NCBI GenBank assembly: GCA_963753325.1
Contig: CAVWBS010000001.1
Span: 2,667,945-2,731,944 of the forward strand
Length of the DNA: 64,000 bases
Reading direction: 5' to 3'
DNA from: an uncultured delta proteobacterium
GTDB lineage: Bacteria; Desulfobacterota; Binatia; UTPRO1
Each line of letters opens with the position of its first letter. Within the stretch, counting starts at the first letter, position 1. The notes beneath the pieces are model-generated. The model searched no databases. It saw only the letters and a program-made list of their open reading frames with translations, and was not told where the DNA came from. Positions 1 to 15,964 of this stretch are shown here, piece after piece. A program made the position numbers and the translations under genes.

Positions 1-62
1 GCGGGGCGCGGGGGCGCTCATGCCCGACGCCTCTTGTGGAAGCCGCGCTACGAGTTGACGCG

Positions 63-507
<445 letters not shown>

Positions 508-508
508 G

Positions 509-2124
<1,616 letters not shown>

Positions 2125-2128
<4 letters not shown>

Positions 2129-2452
2129 GGGATCTCGTGACCGTGCCGGCGGCGCGAGCGTTGCGAGCGGCGGCGTTGTCGCCGGAAATCGACCGCGATC
2201 ACCTGCCCCGGTCCGCGCCGGCGCGTCGGTCCGTCCGCCGGTCGGGTGCGCTGGGAGATCAGCTTGGACGCCACGGGTATCCACTCCTCGGGCACGAGGA
2301 TGCGGATGGTGCCGAGGCTCCCGATGCGCACCGGGATCCATACCGAAACGGCCGTTCTCGAGCAGGCACGGAATGCCCTGATGCTCGAGAAATCCCTTGA
2401 CCAGATACGCCTCCGGCTCGAAAACCGTGGCATGGCACACTTTCCACGACAT
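2125..2452 (-). CDS. Small DUF2007-like protein (putative signal-transducing fold); one apparent frameshift
   Basis: [40 protein letters not shown] (frame of ORF 1376..2821) continues as [27 protein letters not shown] (ORF 2125..2499). The family call is from my memory of the DUF2007 pattern. The stop overlaps the mutase ATG. Confidence 0.5.
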
Positions 2453-2592
2453 GGCGGGGTTTCCGTATAGATGTATCCCCCCGAGACTGCCAAGGCCAAG
2501 GCCGAACCGGGCGCCGGACCGACGAACCCCTCCGAGCGTGCTCCCGCCCGTCTCGGTGACGAAGCAGGAGGCCCCCTGCATGAGGAGGAAGG

Positions 2593-3543
2593 CTAATACT
2601 CCGGCTTGAACTGGAAGTGATGCGTCGTCTGCAGATAGCGGACGGTGCGCGTCTGGGACCGCATGACGACCGAGTTGGTGGTGGCGCCGCCACGGAAGAA
2701 CCGTACGCCCTCCAGGTAGTCGCCGGTCGTGACGCCGGTCGCCGCGAACATGACGTTGCCGCGGACGAGCTCGTCGATCGTGTACCTGCGCTTCAAGTCG
2801 GTGAGGCCTTGCGCATAGCACTGGCGCACCTCGTCCTGCGTCAGCGGCGCGAGGCGCGCCTGCATGTCGCCGCCCGCGCAGCGGAGCGCCGCCGCGGCAA
2901 GCACCCCCTGCAGTCCGCCGCCGACCCCGATCAGCATGTCGATGCCCGAGTCGGGGCGGGTGGTGGCGAGCGCCGCCGAGAGATCGCCGGCGGCGAGCAG
3001 CTTGATGCGCGCGCCGGCGGCGCGGACCTCGCGGATGAGCTTCTCGTGCCGCGGCCGCTCCAGCACGGCGACCGTGAGGTCGCCGACGTACACTCCCATG
3101 GCGTCGGCGAGCGCCTTCAGGTTGTCGCTCGGCGAGCGGTCGAGGTCGATCACCCCGCGGCCTTCGGGTCCGACCGCGATCTTCTCCATGTAGGTGTTGG
3201 GGCAGCGGAAGAACGCCTGATCCTCGGCGAGGGCGATGATCGATAGCGCGCCCGGCCCGCCCGTGGCGCAGATGCTCGCGCCTTCGAGGGCGTCGAGCGC
3301 GACCTCGGCCGTATCGTCGCCGTCGCCCATCTGCTCGCCGACATAGAGCGACGACGCCTCGTCGCGGCTCCCCTCCCCGATCACGACGGTCGCGCTGACC
3401 GGGATGGCGTTGAACGCGCGGCGCATCGCGTCGACGGCCGCCTTGTCCGCGCCGGCCTCGTCGCCGCGGCCCATGAAGCGTGCCGACTCGAGCGCGGCGG
3501 CTTCGGTGACCCGGACGACCTCCAGTGCGAGATTACGATCCAT
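2593..3543 (-). CDS. glpX: Class II fructose-1,6-bisphosphatase (GlpX type)
   Basis: Intact 316-aa ORF: [77 protein letters not shown]. This is the typical GlpX sequence over its full length. Confidence 0.9.
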   Translation of the reverse strand: MDRNLALEVVRVTEAAALESARFMGRGDEAGADKAAVDAMRRAFNAIPVSATVVIGEGSRDEASSLYVGEQMGDGDDTAEVALDALEGASICATGGPGALSIIALAEDQAFFRCPNTYMEKIAVGPEGRGVIDLDRSPSDNLKALADAMGVYVGDLTVAVLERPRHEKLIREVRAAGARIKLLAAGDLSAALATTRPDSGIDMLIGVGGGLQGVLAAAALRCAGGDMQARLAPLTQDEVRQCYAQGLTDLKRRYTIDELVRGNVMFAATGVTTGDYLEGVRFFRGGATTNSVVMRSQTRTVRYLQTTHHFQFKPEY

Positions 3544-3567
3544 GGATCCTCGTTCGTCCGGCGCGGC

Positions 3568-4879
3568 TCACGCCAGGTTCTCTTCGATGCGCAGGCACAA
3601 GGGGCGGCCCTGCACCGCCTTCATGCGGCGGATCGCACGCAGCGCCGCCTGGACGTCGCGCTCGCGGGCCTCGTGCGTGCGAATGACGACCGGCACCACC
3701 GTCGCCGCGCTTCGGCCCTTCTGGATCACCGTTCCAATACTAATCCGCATGACGTCCGAGCACGCTAGCTATGTCTCCGAGGACGCCGGGCCGATCCCGC
3801 GCCATGATGCGCAGATAGTATGCGGTCCGGAGATCGCCCATCGGCACCAGCGGCATGCGCCGGATGGCGGCGAAGCCGAGGGGCGGCACTCGGCCCGCGG
3901 CCGCGGCGAGACGATTGCGGGCCACCTCGACGAGGTCGCCGACGACCGCGGTTGCGGTGGGCATCATGCCGGCGCCGAGGCCGTAGCACATGCTCGAGCC
4001 GAGCGCTTCGCCGTCGAGATAGATCGCGTTGAACGCGCCGCTCACGCCGGCCAGCACGTGCTCGGCCGGCACGAGGGCCGGATGGACCCGGGCGGCGACG
4101 CGGCGGCCGTCGCTGGTCGCGATCGCGAGCAGCTTGATGACGCACCCGAGCTCGCGCGCATAGAGGACGTCCATCTGGTCGATGCCGCGGATGCCCTCGA
4201 CGGGCACCTCGCGCAGCGTCAGCTCCGCACCGAATGCGAGCGCGGCGAGGATCACGAGCTTGTGCGCGGAATCGGTGCCGTCGATGTCGAAGCTCGGATT
4301 CGCCTCCGCGAGACCGCGCACCTGGGCCTCGCTGAGCGCCTCGGCGAAGGCGCGTCCCTCGTGCGTCATCGTCGAGAGGATGTGGTTGCAGGTGCCGTTG
4401 ACGATGCCGTAGACGCCACGGATGCGATCGGCGACGAGACCGTCGCGCAGCACGCGGACGATCGGGATGCCGCCGCCGACGCTCGCCTCGAGACCGACGT
4501 CGAGCCCCGCCGCCGCCGCCGCGCCGAGGACCTCGCGGCCGTGGACGGCGAGCAATGCCTTGTTCGCGGTGACCACGCTCTTGCCGGCGGCGAGCGCCGC
4601 GAGGACGAAGCGCCGCGCCGGCTCGTATCCACCCATCAGCTCGATCACGATGTCGATGTCGTCGGCGCCATAGACCTGCGCGGCGTCAGGCACGAGCATG
4701 CCCTTCGGCAGGCGCACTCCACGGTCGCGCCTGGTATCGACGTCGGCGATACGCACGAGGCGGAGCGGCGCGCCGAGCCGGGCGTCGATCGCCGCGCGGC
4801 GACGCTGCAGCAGCTTCACGACACCGGTGCCGATCGTACCGAAGCCGATCAGTCCGGCACGGATCTCACGTGCGGCCAT
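3568..4879 (-). CDS. hom: Homoserine dehydrogenase with C-terminal ACT domain; one apparent frameshift near 3745
   Basis: ORF 3740..4879 (IRAGLIGFGTIGTGVVKLL..VVTANKALLA..GGGIPIV..NGTCNHILS..) is followed in another frame by ORF 3568..3750 (ISIGTVIQKGRSAATVVPVVIRTHEARERDVQAAL), which is the ACT domain. Confidence 0.9.
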
Positions 4880-4905
4880 CCGGGTGTGCGGCGACCGGCG
4901 GGGCG

Positions 4906-6111
4906 TCAGCCGGTCCGGGCGCTGCGCTCGGCCGGCACCAGAACGCCGCCCAAGGCCTTGCGGATGCCCCGCACCGCCTGCCGCGTACGGTGCTCGTTCT
5001 CGATGAGCGCGAACCGCACGTAGTCGTCCCCGTACTCGCCGAAGCCGATGCCCGGCGAGACCGCCACCTTGCCTTCCTTGAGAAGGAACTTCGCGAACTC
5101 GATCGACCCCATCGCGCGATACGGCTCCGGGATACGCCCCCAGACGAACATCGTCGCCTTCGGCTTCGGGATGTCCCAGCCGATGCGCGCCAGCCCCTCG
5201 CAGAGGACGTCGCGCCGCGCCTGGTAGAGCGCCACGTTCTCACGCACGCACTCCTGCGGGCCGTTCAACGCGTGGATCGCGGCGATCTGGATCGGCTGGA
5301 ACATGCCGTAGTCGAGATAGCTCTTGATGCGCGCCAGCGCGTGGATGATCTCGCGGTTGCCGACGGCGAAGCCGACGCGCCAACCGGGCATGCTGTAGCT
5401 CTTCGAGAGGCTGAAGAACTCGACCCCGAGGTCGATCGCACCCGGCACCTGGAGGAAGCTCGGCGCCTCGTAGCCGTCGAAGACGATGTCGGCGTACGCC
5501 AGATCGTGCACCACCAGCAGCTCGTGCTCGCGGGCGAACTCGACGATCTTGATGAAGAAGTCGAGCGTGACGACCTCCGTCGTCGGATTGTGCGGGAAGT
5601 TGAGGATCAGCAGCTTCGGCTTCGGCCAGGCCTGCTTCACCGCCTGGAGCAGGTGCTCGAAGAAGTCCTCGCCCGCAATGAGCGGCACCGAGCGCAGATC
5701 GCCACCGGCGATGATGACCGAGTACTGGTGGATCGGGTAGGTCGGGCTCGGACAGAGCACGACGTCGCCGGGACCGAGGATCGCGAGCGCGAGATGGCCG
5801 ATGCCCTCCTTGGAGCCGATCGTGACGATCGCCTCGGCGTCCGCGTCGAGCTCGACGCCGTACCGGCGCCGGTACCAGTCGCAGATCGCGAGACGCAGCT
5901 TGTAGATGCCGCGCGACACCGAGTAGCGGTGGTTCGGCGTCTTCTGCACCGCCTCGATCAGTTTCGCGACCACGTGCGGCGGCGTGGCGCCGTCAGGGTT
6001 GCCCATCCCGAGATCGATGATGTCCTCGCCGGCCCGCCGCGCGGCCTGCTTCAGATCGCCGACGATGTTGAATACATAGGGCGGGAGCCTCTTGATTCTC
6101 GGAAAGTCCAT
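4906..6111 (-). CDS. PLP-dependent class I aminotransferase (AlaC/AspC-like)
   Basis: ORF 4906..6153. The likely start is [14 protein letters not shown] at 6111. Motifs include GMGNPD, NFPHNPT and [15 protein letters not shown] (the PLP lysine motif). The position upstream of hom is a common arrangement. Confidence 0.85.
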   Translation of the reverse strand: MDFPRIKRLPPYVFNIVGDLKQAARRAGEDIIDLGMGNPDGATPPHVVAKLIEAVQKTPNHRYSVSRGIYKLRLAICDWYRRRYGVELDADAEAIVTIGSKEGIGHLALAILGPGDVVLCPSPTYPIHQYSVIIAGGDLRSVPLIAGEDFFEHLLQAVKQAWPKPKLLILNFPHNPTTEVVTLDFFIKIVEFAREHELLVVHDLAYADIVFDGYEAPSFLQVPGAIDLGVEFFSLSKSYSMPGWRVGFAVGNREIIHALARIKSYLDYGMFQPIQIAAIHALNGPQECVRENVALYQARRDVLCEGLARIGWDIPKPKATMFVWGRIPEPYRAMGSIEFAKFLLKEGKVAVSPGIGFGEYGDDYVRFALIENEHRTRQAVRGIRKALGGVLVPAERSARTG

Positions 6112-6264
6112 AGATCCTCGTGTGGTCGCGGACGCGATCCACGATCCTAGCATACTTCGTTACGCGGATAGGAGTCGGGAGGACCCGCGGCCACCCCCGG
6201 TGCGACGACCACGGGCCCCCGCTCGAGGGGGGTGACGAGCGCAGCGCACGGGGGGCGAAATCAA

Positions 6265-6903
6265 TCAGAACCGGACGCCGAACGTCCCCATCGTCGTGAC
6301 GAACTGCTTGTCGGCACGACCCGGCTGGAATGCCTGGTGATAGCTGCCGTAGGCACCGACCGTCAGCTCCAGCACCGGGATCTCGTCGTCGCGATGGTTG
6401 TAGAGCTGGAAGATCGTCCCCTCCACTCCGAGCCCGGCCTGGAGGCCGACGGCGTCCTGGTCGTCGTCGCTGATGAGCGTGTGATGGTTGAACGTGACCT
6501 GGTTGTAGTAGGCGAAGTGGTCCCACTCGACCTGGAAGACGCCGAACGGACGGACGAGGTAGCTCGAGGGCAGGAAGTTGACCCGCGGACCCATGCCGAC
6601 GATGAATGTCTGGTTGGTCTCGTTCGACACGCCCGAAAAGCCCGGTCCGGCGAACTCGTCGTGGCTGTTCCGGTTGTCGTTGAAGCTCTGGGTGAACTGC
6701 AGCATCAGGTCGAGGTACTCGAGCATCTCGTACCCGGCCGCGATGCTGTACGTGCCCCCGATGTGCTGGTCGTGGTGGAAGTCCCCGACGGGGATCATGG
6801 CCCCGCCCTGGCCCTCCAGGAACACGGTTCCAGGCTGAGCGTGCGTGACGCTCGCCAGGGCCAGCGACAGTCCACAGGCAAGCATCGATGCGCGGATTCT
6901 CAT
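6265..6903 (-). CDS. Small outer-membrane beta-barrel protein, function unknown
   Basis: Signal peptide MRIRASMLACGLSLALASVTHAQ. Alternating hydrophobic strands rich in G/Y/F. C-terminal ..TMGTFGVRF ends in Phe, as OMP barrels do. This is the 3' part of ORF 6265..7623. Confidence 0.6.
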   Translation of the reverse strand: MRIRASMLACGLSLALASVTHAQPGTVFLEGQGGAMIPVGDFHHDQHIGGTYSIAAGYEMLEYLDLMLQFTQSFNDNRNSHDEFAGPGFSGVSNETNQTFIVGMGPRVNFLPSSYLVRPFGVFQVEWDHFAYYNQVTFNHHTLISDDDQDAVGLQAGLGVEGTIFQLYNHRDDEIPVLELTVGAYGSYHQAFQPGRADKQFVTTMGTFGVRF

Positions 6904-7067
6904 AGCGCGTCCCCTCATTGCGCCTCCTCCCCTTCTCCACCTCACGACGGTCGACCCTCGGTCCCGACGGCGCGCCAAGACAGCGCGCACAGCGAGAACG
7001 ATAGCGGCCGACATTTCGGAAGGCAAGGCACATTCCGGATACGCCCGCCACGGGATGCCGGGACCTT

Positions 7068-7085
7068 GGGCCCGGCGGCGGGCCC
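7068..7085 (-). terminator. GC-rich hairpin about 10 nt after the recG stop (putative terminator, no U tract)
   Basis: GGGCCCG-gcgg-CGGGCCC, a perfect 7-bp stem with a 4-nt loop, read directly from the sequence. Confidence 0.3.
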
Positions 7086-7094
7086 GTCCGAGGG

Positions 7095-9547
7095 TCAACC
7101 CACGCGGGCGAGCTCGAGACGTCCCGCCCAGCGATCTTCGAGCACGTCCCGCAACGCGAGCGACTCGGGGCGCCGCAGCGTCGGATCGTCCCGCAGCCAG
7201 GCGGCGGCGTCCTCCTGCGCCAGGCGCAGGACCTCGCCGTCCCGCAGGACGCTCGCCGCCCGGAAGTCGGGAAGGCCCGACTGGCGGGTACCGAGAAACT
7301 CTCCCGGCCCGCGCAGCTCGAGGTCCTTCTCCGCGATGCGGAACCCGTCGTTCGTCTCCTCCATCACCCGCAGGCGCTCGCGCGCCTGATCGCCGCGGGC
7401 GTAGGCGGCGAGCAGGAAGCAGAGCGAGCGATGCGCCCCCCGGCCGACGCGGCCGCGGAGCTGGTGGAGCTGCGCCAGGCCGAAGCGCTCCGCGTGCTCG
7501 ATGACCATGACCGTCGCGTTCGGCACGTCGATGCCGACCTCGATCACCGTCGTCGACACCAGCACCTGATGGTCCCCCGCGCTTGAAGCGGCGCATCACC
7601 TCGTCCTTCTCGTCGGAGGGCATCTGCCCGTGGACGAGCCCGAGTCGGTAGCCCTCGAGCGGCCCGGCTCGCCAGATCGCGGGCCATGCGCGTGGCGTCG
7701 AGCAGATCGGTCTTCTCCGACTCGCTCACCAGCGGATAGACGACGTACGCCTGGCGACCGGCGTCGAGCTCCCGCCGCACGAGCTCGAGGACGCGCGCAC
7801 GGTGGCTCTGCGCGATGCACGCGCGTCACGACCGGGCGGCGGCCGGGCGGAAGCTCGTCGAGCACGGAGACGTCGAGGTCGCCGTAGAGCGTGAGCGCGA
7901 GGGTGCGCGGGATCGGCGTCGCCGTCATGAGCAGGATGTCGGGATTCGTGCCATGCCGCTTCAGGCTGGCGCGCTGCATGACGCCGAAGCGGTGCTGCTC
8001 GTCGATGATGCCGAGGCCGAGACGATGGAACGCCACGCCCTCCTGGATGAGCGCGTGCGTGCCGATCACCAGGTCGATATCGCCACGCGCGATGGCGCGC
8101 TCCGTCCGGCCGCGCAGCTTTCCTTGCACCGCCCCGGTGAGCAGCGTGACCCGCAGCCCGACCGGCTGCGCCAGGCGGCGGATCGTCTCCCAGTGCTGCT
8201 CGGCGAGGAGCTCGGTCGGCGCCATCAGCGCCGCCTGGTAGCCGCTCTCGATCGCCACCGTCGCGGCGTGCAGCGCGACCACCGTCTTGCCGCTCCCGAC
8301 GTCGCCTTGCACCAGGCGGTGCATCGGATGGGGCGCCGCCATGTCGGTCAGGATCTCGCGCCCGACCCGCTCCTGCGCGCCGGTCAACGTGAAGGGCAGC
8401 GCCGCGACCAGCTGCTCGGCGCGCGCCGCCGGGACGCGGAAGGCGATGCCCGGCTCGCGCGCGATCACGCTCTTCTTCAAGCGCGACGCCGAGCTGCAGG
8501 TAGAAGAGCTCGTCGTACACGAGCGCGCGGTGAGCCGGCGACGTCGATCGGTTCAGCGCATCCACGTCGGCCTCGCTCGACGGCTGATGCACCCCGCGCA
8601 GCGCCGTCGCGAGATCGATGATCGCGCGCCGACGGGTGATCGCCACCGGCAGCGCGCTCGGGACGCGCTCCGCGTACGCGTCGACCGCGCTGTGCACCAG
8701 ACGTCGCATCGCCCCCGACGAAATGCCGGCCGGCTTCAGGTAGACCGGCACGATGCGGCCGAGCTCGGCGTGCTCGTCGCCCTCGAGCAGCTCGATCTCC
8801 GGGTGGACCATCCGCAGCGGCGTGAGCGCGCGGCCGAGCGTCGACTGCCGGACGGGTTCGATCCGGCCGTGCAGCAGTACCCGTTGCCCGGCGCGGAAGC
8901 GCGAGTGGAAGTAGCGCGAGCTGGTTGTACCAGACGAGGGACAGCGCCCCGGTCGGGTCGCGCGCCACCACCTCCAGGATGCGGCGCCGGCCCGCGAAGC
9001 GCTCCGCCGGCGCGTCGAGCGTCGCCTCCAGCGTCGCGTGCTCGCCGGGGTGGAGCTCCGCGATCGTCCGCACCTCGCGCCGGTCCTCGTAGCGGAACGG
9101 CAGATGGAAGAGCAGGTTCTCGACGGTGGCGATGCCGATCTTCGCCAGCTGCTCGGCGCGCTTGGGACCCACGCCCTTCACGAACTGGACCGGCATGCGG
9201 AGCGTCTCGAGCTGCGGCGCGACTGCCGCGGTGCTGCTCGCATACACGGCCGCGGCCGGCCGCGGACCTTCCGTGCCCGACCCTCCGAGCGCCCCGAGCA
9301 GCTGCAGCATACGGCGGATCGCGTCGAGCGCCGCGTCGCGCTCGCTCCCCGCCACACGGTCGACGAGAACGTCGATCTCGCCGAGCGCGTCCCGCGCCGA
9401 GCCGTCGGCGACCGCGCTCCGGGCACGCGCGATCTTCTCGTGGATCGCGCGCACCGGCAGCGCGGCGCGCGCGATCTGCTGCGGCGCGCCGGCGAGGTAC
9501 TCGAGCGGTGGCCCGAGGGTGCGGACGAGATCCTGCAGCGGTGTCAC
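7095..9547 (-). CDS. recG: ATP-dependent DNA helicase RecG; frame interrupted about 5 times in this sequence
   Basis: Pieces lie in ORFs 8477..10144 ([45 protein letters not shown]), 7726..8811, 7596..8480 ([47 protein letters not shown]), 7544..7780 and 7095..7565 ([41 protein letters not shown]). The GTG start at 9547 overlaps the upstream stop. Confidence 0.9.
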
Positions 9548-10173
9548 GACGATGCGCCCCCGCTGAGCGCGCGGGCGATCCAGCGGCGATAGGACTCGAA
9601 GGGCATGGCCCCGAGCACCGGGACGTCGTTGCCGACCATCATGATCGCCGGCACGCCGTTCACGCCCTGCGCGAGCGCGTCCCGATGCTCGGCGATGACC
9701 GCCGCCCGGGTCGCGGGCGCCGCGCTGACGTCGAACGCCGCGTCCGCCAGACCGACCTCGCGCCAGAGCGCGCGCAGGGTGTCGGCGTCGGTGATGTTGC
9801 GGCTCTCGACGAAGTACGCGCGCAGAAGACGATCGTGCATCGCCCGCAACGCGTCGCGGCCGAGCATCGCGGCCGCCTTCGCCACCTCGTGCGGCGGTAC
9901 GCTGTGCGACGGCGGCCCCGCGTCGCCCGCCCAGGTCCGGAACTCCGGCGCGTCCGGCTCGGCCGCCGGCCGGAGCCATGATTGCGTGTAGGCCCGGAAG
10001 CGCTCCAGCGTTCGACCGGGCTCCGGGTGCGGTCGCAGCAAGAAGGCGCGCCACTCGACTCGGACCGCGTCGCCGAACTCCTCCTCGATGCGCCGCACAC
10101 GGCTCGTCCCGAGGTGGCACCACGGGCAGAGGTAGTCGGACCACACGACCAGATCGACGCGACCGGCATTCAC
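9544..10173 (-). CDS. DsbA-family thiol-disulfide oxidoreductase (FrnE-like)
   Basis: Intact 209-aa ORF with WSDYLCPWCHLG (CPWC active site) and the ..GVNGVPAIMM.. motif typical of DSBA-like thioredoxin-fold proteins. Confidence 0.8.
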   Translation of the reverse strand: MNAGRVDLVVWSDYLCPWCHLGTSRVRRIEEEFGDAVRVEWRAFLLRPHPEPGRTLERFRAYTQSWLRPAAEPDAPEFRTWAGDAGPPSHSVPPHEVAKAAAMLGRDALRAMHDRLLRAYFVESRNITDADTLRALWREVGLADAAFDVSAAPATRAAVIAEHRDALAQGVNGVPAIMMVGNDVPVLGAMPFESYRRWIARALSGGASS

Positions 10174-10280
10174 CGTGCTTCCCCGCTAGCGGTGGATGAG
10201 CGCTCGATCAAGCGAGGGCGACGTTCATTGGGCCACTTGGGGTGACGAATCGGCGCCTCGCGCCGCCTGCGCCGGGACGC

Positions 10281-13499
<3,219 letters not shown>

Positions 13500-13500
13500 G

Positions 13501-14640
13501 TCAGCCTTTCGTGCGCGCCATCAGCTCGACGAAGCGGTGGAAGAGATACTGCGCATCGTGCGGGCCGGGCGACGCCTCGGGATGGTACTGCACGGAGAAG
13601 AGCGGCTCCTTGGTGTGCGTGAGCCCCTCGACGGTATGGTCGTTGAGGTTCTGGTGGGTCAGCTCGGCGAGACCGCGGAGCGAGTCGATGTCGACGGCGA
13701 AGCCGTGGTTCTGCGAGGTGATCTCGACCTTCCCCGTGGTGACGTCCATCACCGGGTGGTTGGCGCCGTGGTGGCCGAACTTGAGCTTGTACGTGCGCCC
13801 GCCGAGCGCGAGGCCGAGGATCTGGTGGCCGAGGCAGATGCCGAAGATCGGCACCTTGCCGATCAGCCCGGCGACGCTCTGGCGCGCGTACGGCACGGCA
13901 TCGGGATCGCCGGGGCCGTTCGAGAGGAAGACGCCGTCCGGCCTCTGCGCCAGCACGTCGGCCGCGGAGGTGGAGGCCGGGACGACGCGCACCCGGCAGC
14001 CGCTCGCGACCAGGTTGCGCAGGATGTTGAACTTGATGCCGTAGTCGTAGGCGATCACGAACGGCCGCGGACCGCTCGTGGTCGGGGGCGCAGCACCCGC
14101 GAGCTGCCACGGCGGCGCGTCCCAGTCGTAGGGCTCGGTGCACGTCACCTCGCGCACGAGATCCACGCCGACCAGGCCCGGACGCGCCTTCGCCTTGGCC
14201 ACCAAGCGCGCCGGGTCGAGATCGACCGTGGAGATGACGCCTTCCTGCGCGCCGTGGGTGCGCAGATGGCGGACGAGCGCGCGAGTGTCGATGCCGGCGA
14301 TGCCGACGATCGCGTGCGCACGCATGTAGTCGCCGAGGCTCTGCTCGGCGCGCCAGTTGCTCGCCGAGTCCCAGTACTCCTTGACGATGAAGCCGGTGAC
14401 GAACGGCCGCCGCGACTCGCTGTCTTCGCGGTTGACGCCGACGTTGCCGATCTCCGGGTACGTCATGGCGACCAGCTGCCCCGAGTACGACGGATCGGTG
14501 AGGATCTCCTGATAGCCGGTCATGGCGGTGTTGAACACGACCTCACCGCCGGTCTCGCCGTCGGCGCCGAACGCGGTGCCCCGGAACATCGTGCCGTCGG
14601 CAAGCGCGAGTACGGCCGGCCGTGCCTTGTCGTCGCTCAG
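13501..14640 (-). CDS. carA: Carbamoyl-phosphate synthase small (glutaminase) subunit; start uncertain
   Basis: ORF 13501..14589 (..[34 protein letters not shown]). The conserved N-terminal strand [13 protein letters not shown] lies upstream of the first ATG. The only in-frame start-like codon after the pyrC TAG is CTG at 14640, 6 nt after GGAAGGAAGGAG. Confidence 0.85.
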   Translation of the reverse strand: MSDDKARPAVLALADGTMFRGTAFGADGETGGEVVFNTAMTGYQEILTDPSYSGQLVAMTYPEIGNVGVNREDSESRRPFVTGFIVKEYWDSASNWRAEQSLGDYMRAHAIVGIAGIDTRALVRHLRTHGAQEGVISTVDLDPARLVAKAKARPGLVGVDLVREVTCTEPYDWDAPPWQLAGAAPPTTSGPRPFVIAYDYGIKFNILRNLVASGCRVRVVPASTSAADVLAQRPDGVFLSNGPGDPDAVPYARQSVAGLIGKVPIFGICLGHQILGLALGGRTYKLKFGHHGANHPVMDVTTGKVEITSQNHGFAVDIDSLRGLAELTHQNLNDHTVEGLTHTKEPLFSVQYHPEASPGPHDAQYLFHRFVELMARTKG

Positions 14641-14658
14641 AGAACTCTCCTTCCTTCC

Positions 14659-15954
14659 CTAGCGGCGGACCCGGGCTTCGCTCTCGCCGATCACGCGCCC
14701 GCCGATGCAGACACCGACGGCGCGCCCGCGCAGCTGCGTTCCCGCGAATGGGGTGTTGCGCGAGCGCGAGCGGAAGGTGGCCGGCTCGACGGACCAGGGC
14801 TGATCGGGATCGAGCAGCGACACGTCGGCAGCGGCGCCGCGGGTGAGCTGGCCGCTCGTGAGGCCGAGAATGCGCGCCGGACCGACGGTCAACGCGCGCA
14901 CCGCCGTCGCCGGCGAGAGGCAGCCGGCGTGGACCAGCGCCAGGGTCAGCCCGACGGCCGTCTCGAGACCGACGATGCCGAACGGCGCCGCGGCGAGCCC
15001 GCGCGCCTTCTCGTCGGCGTGATGCGGCGCGTGGTCCGACGCGATCGCCTCGATCGTGCCGTCGGCGAGCGCCGCGCGCACCGCCTCGACGTCGGCGGCA
15101 TCGCGCAGCGGTGGATTCATCTTGGCGTTGGCGCCGTGCGTCTCGACCGCGGCCGCGTCGAGCGTGAAGTGGTGCGGCGTCACCTCGGCGCTCACGCCGC
15201 GCGCGGTGGCGCGGACGCGCCGGATGTGCGCGATGCCGGCCGCCGTGCTGATGTGCGCCACGTGCAGGCGTCCGCCGATCTCGACCGCCAGCGCGCAATC
15301 GCGCGCGATCATCCGCGCCTCGCCCTCGCCCTCGACGCCGCGCACCCCGAGACGCTCGGCGATCGGCCCCGCCTGCATCGCGGCTCCCGCGCTCAGCGTG
15401 CGGTCCTCCTCGTGGGCGATGATCGGCATGCCGAGCTCGCCCGCGGCCTCGAGCGCGCGCCGCATCACCGCCTCGTCCATGATCGGCAGGCCGTCGTCGG
15501 AGAAGGCCACCGCGCCGGCGCGGCGCAGGGCCGCGAAATCGGTCAGCTCCTCCCCGGCCAGGCTCTTCGTGACCGCGGCCACCGGCACGACGCGCGCCAG
15601 GCCGACCTCCGCTGCCCGCTCGCGGATCCAGCGCGTCACCTCGGCGTCGTCGTTCACGGGATCGGTGTTCGCCATGGCCGCGACCGTCGTGAACCCGCCC
15701 GCGACCGCCGCCGCCACGCCGCTCGCGATCGTCTCCTTGTGCTCGCCGCCGGGCTCGCGCAGGTGGACGTGCATGTCGATGAGGCCCGGCGTCACCCAAA
15801 GGCCGGCGGCGTCGAGCACGGCCCGCGCGCGCGGGCCCTCGCCGGGCGAGGCGACGCCCATGATCTTGCCGTCGTCGATGAGCACGTCGCCGATGACGTC
15901 GAGCGAGCGCACCGGATCCAGCACGCGTCCGTTCCTGATCGCGAGATCGATCAT
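14659..15954 (-). CDS. pyrC: Dihydroorotase
   Basis: Intact 431-aa ORF with GLIDMHVHLREPG (HxH metal ligands), ..ASDHAPH.. and an overall amidohydrolase pattern. It sits between pyrB and carA. Confidence 0.9.
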   Translation of the reverse strand: MIDLAIRNGRVLDPVRSLDVIGDVLIDDGKIMGVASPGEGPRARAVLDAAGLWVTPGLIDMHVHLREPGGEHKETIASGVAAAVAGGFTTVAAMANTDPVNDDAEVTRWIRERAAEVGLARVVPVAAVTKSLAGEELTDFAALRRAGAVAFSDDGLPIMDEAVMRRALEAAGELGMPIIAHEEDRTLSAGAAMQAGPIAERLGVRGVEGEGEARMIARDCALAVEIGGRLHVAHISTAAGIAHIRRVRATARGVSAEVTPHHFTLDAAAVETHGANAKMNPPLRDAADVEAVRAALADGTIEAIASDHAPHHADEKARGLAAAPFGIVGLETAVGLTLALVHAGCLSPATAVRALTVGPARILGLTSGQLTRGAAADVSLLDPDQPWSVEPATFRSRSRNTPFAGTQLRGRAVGVCIGGRVIGESEARVRR

Positions 15955-15964
15955 CGGGCGCGCC

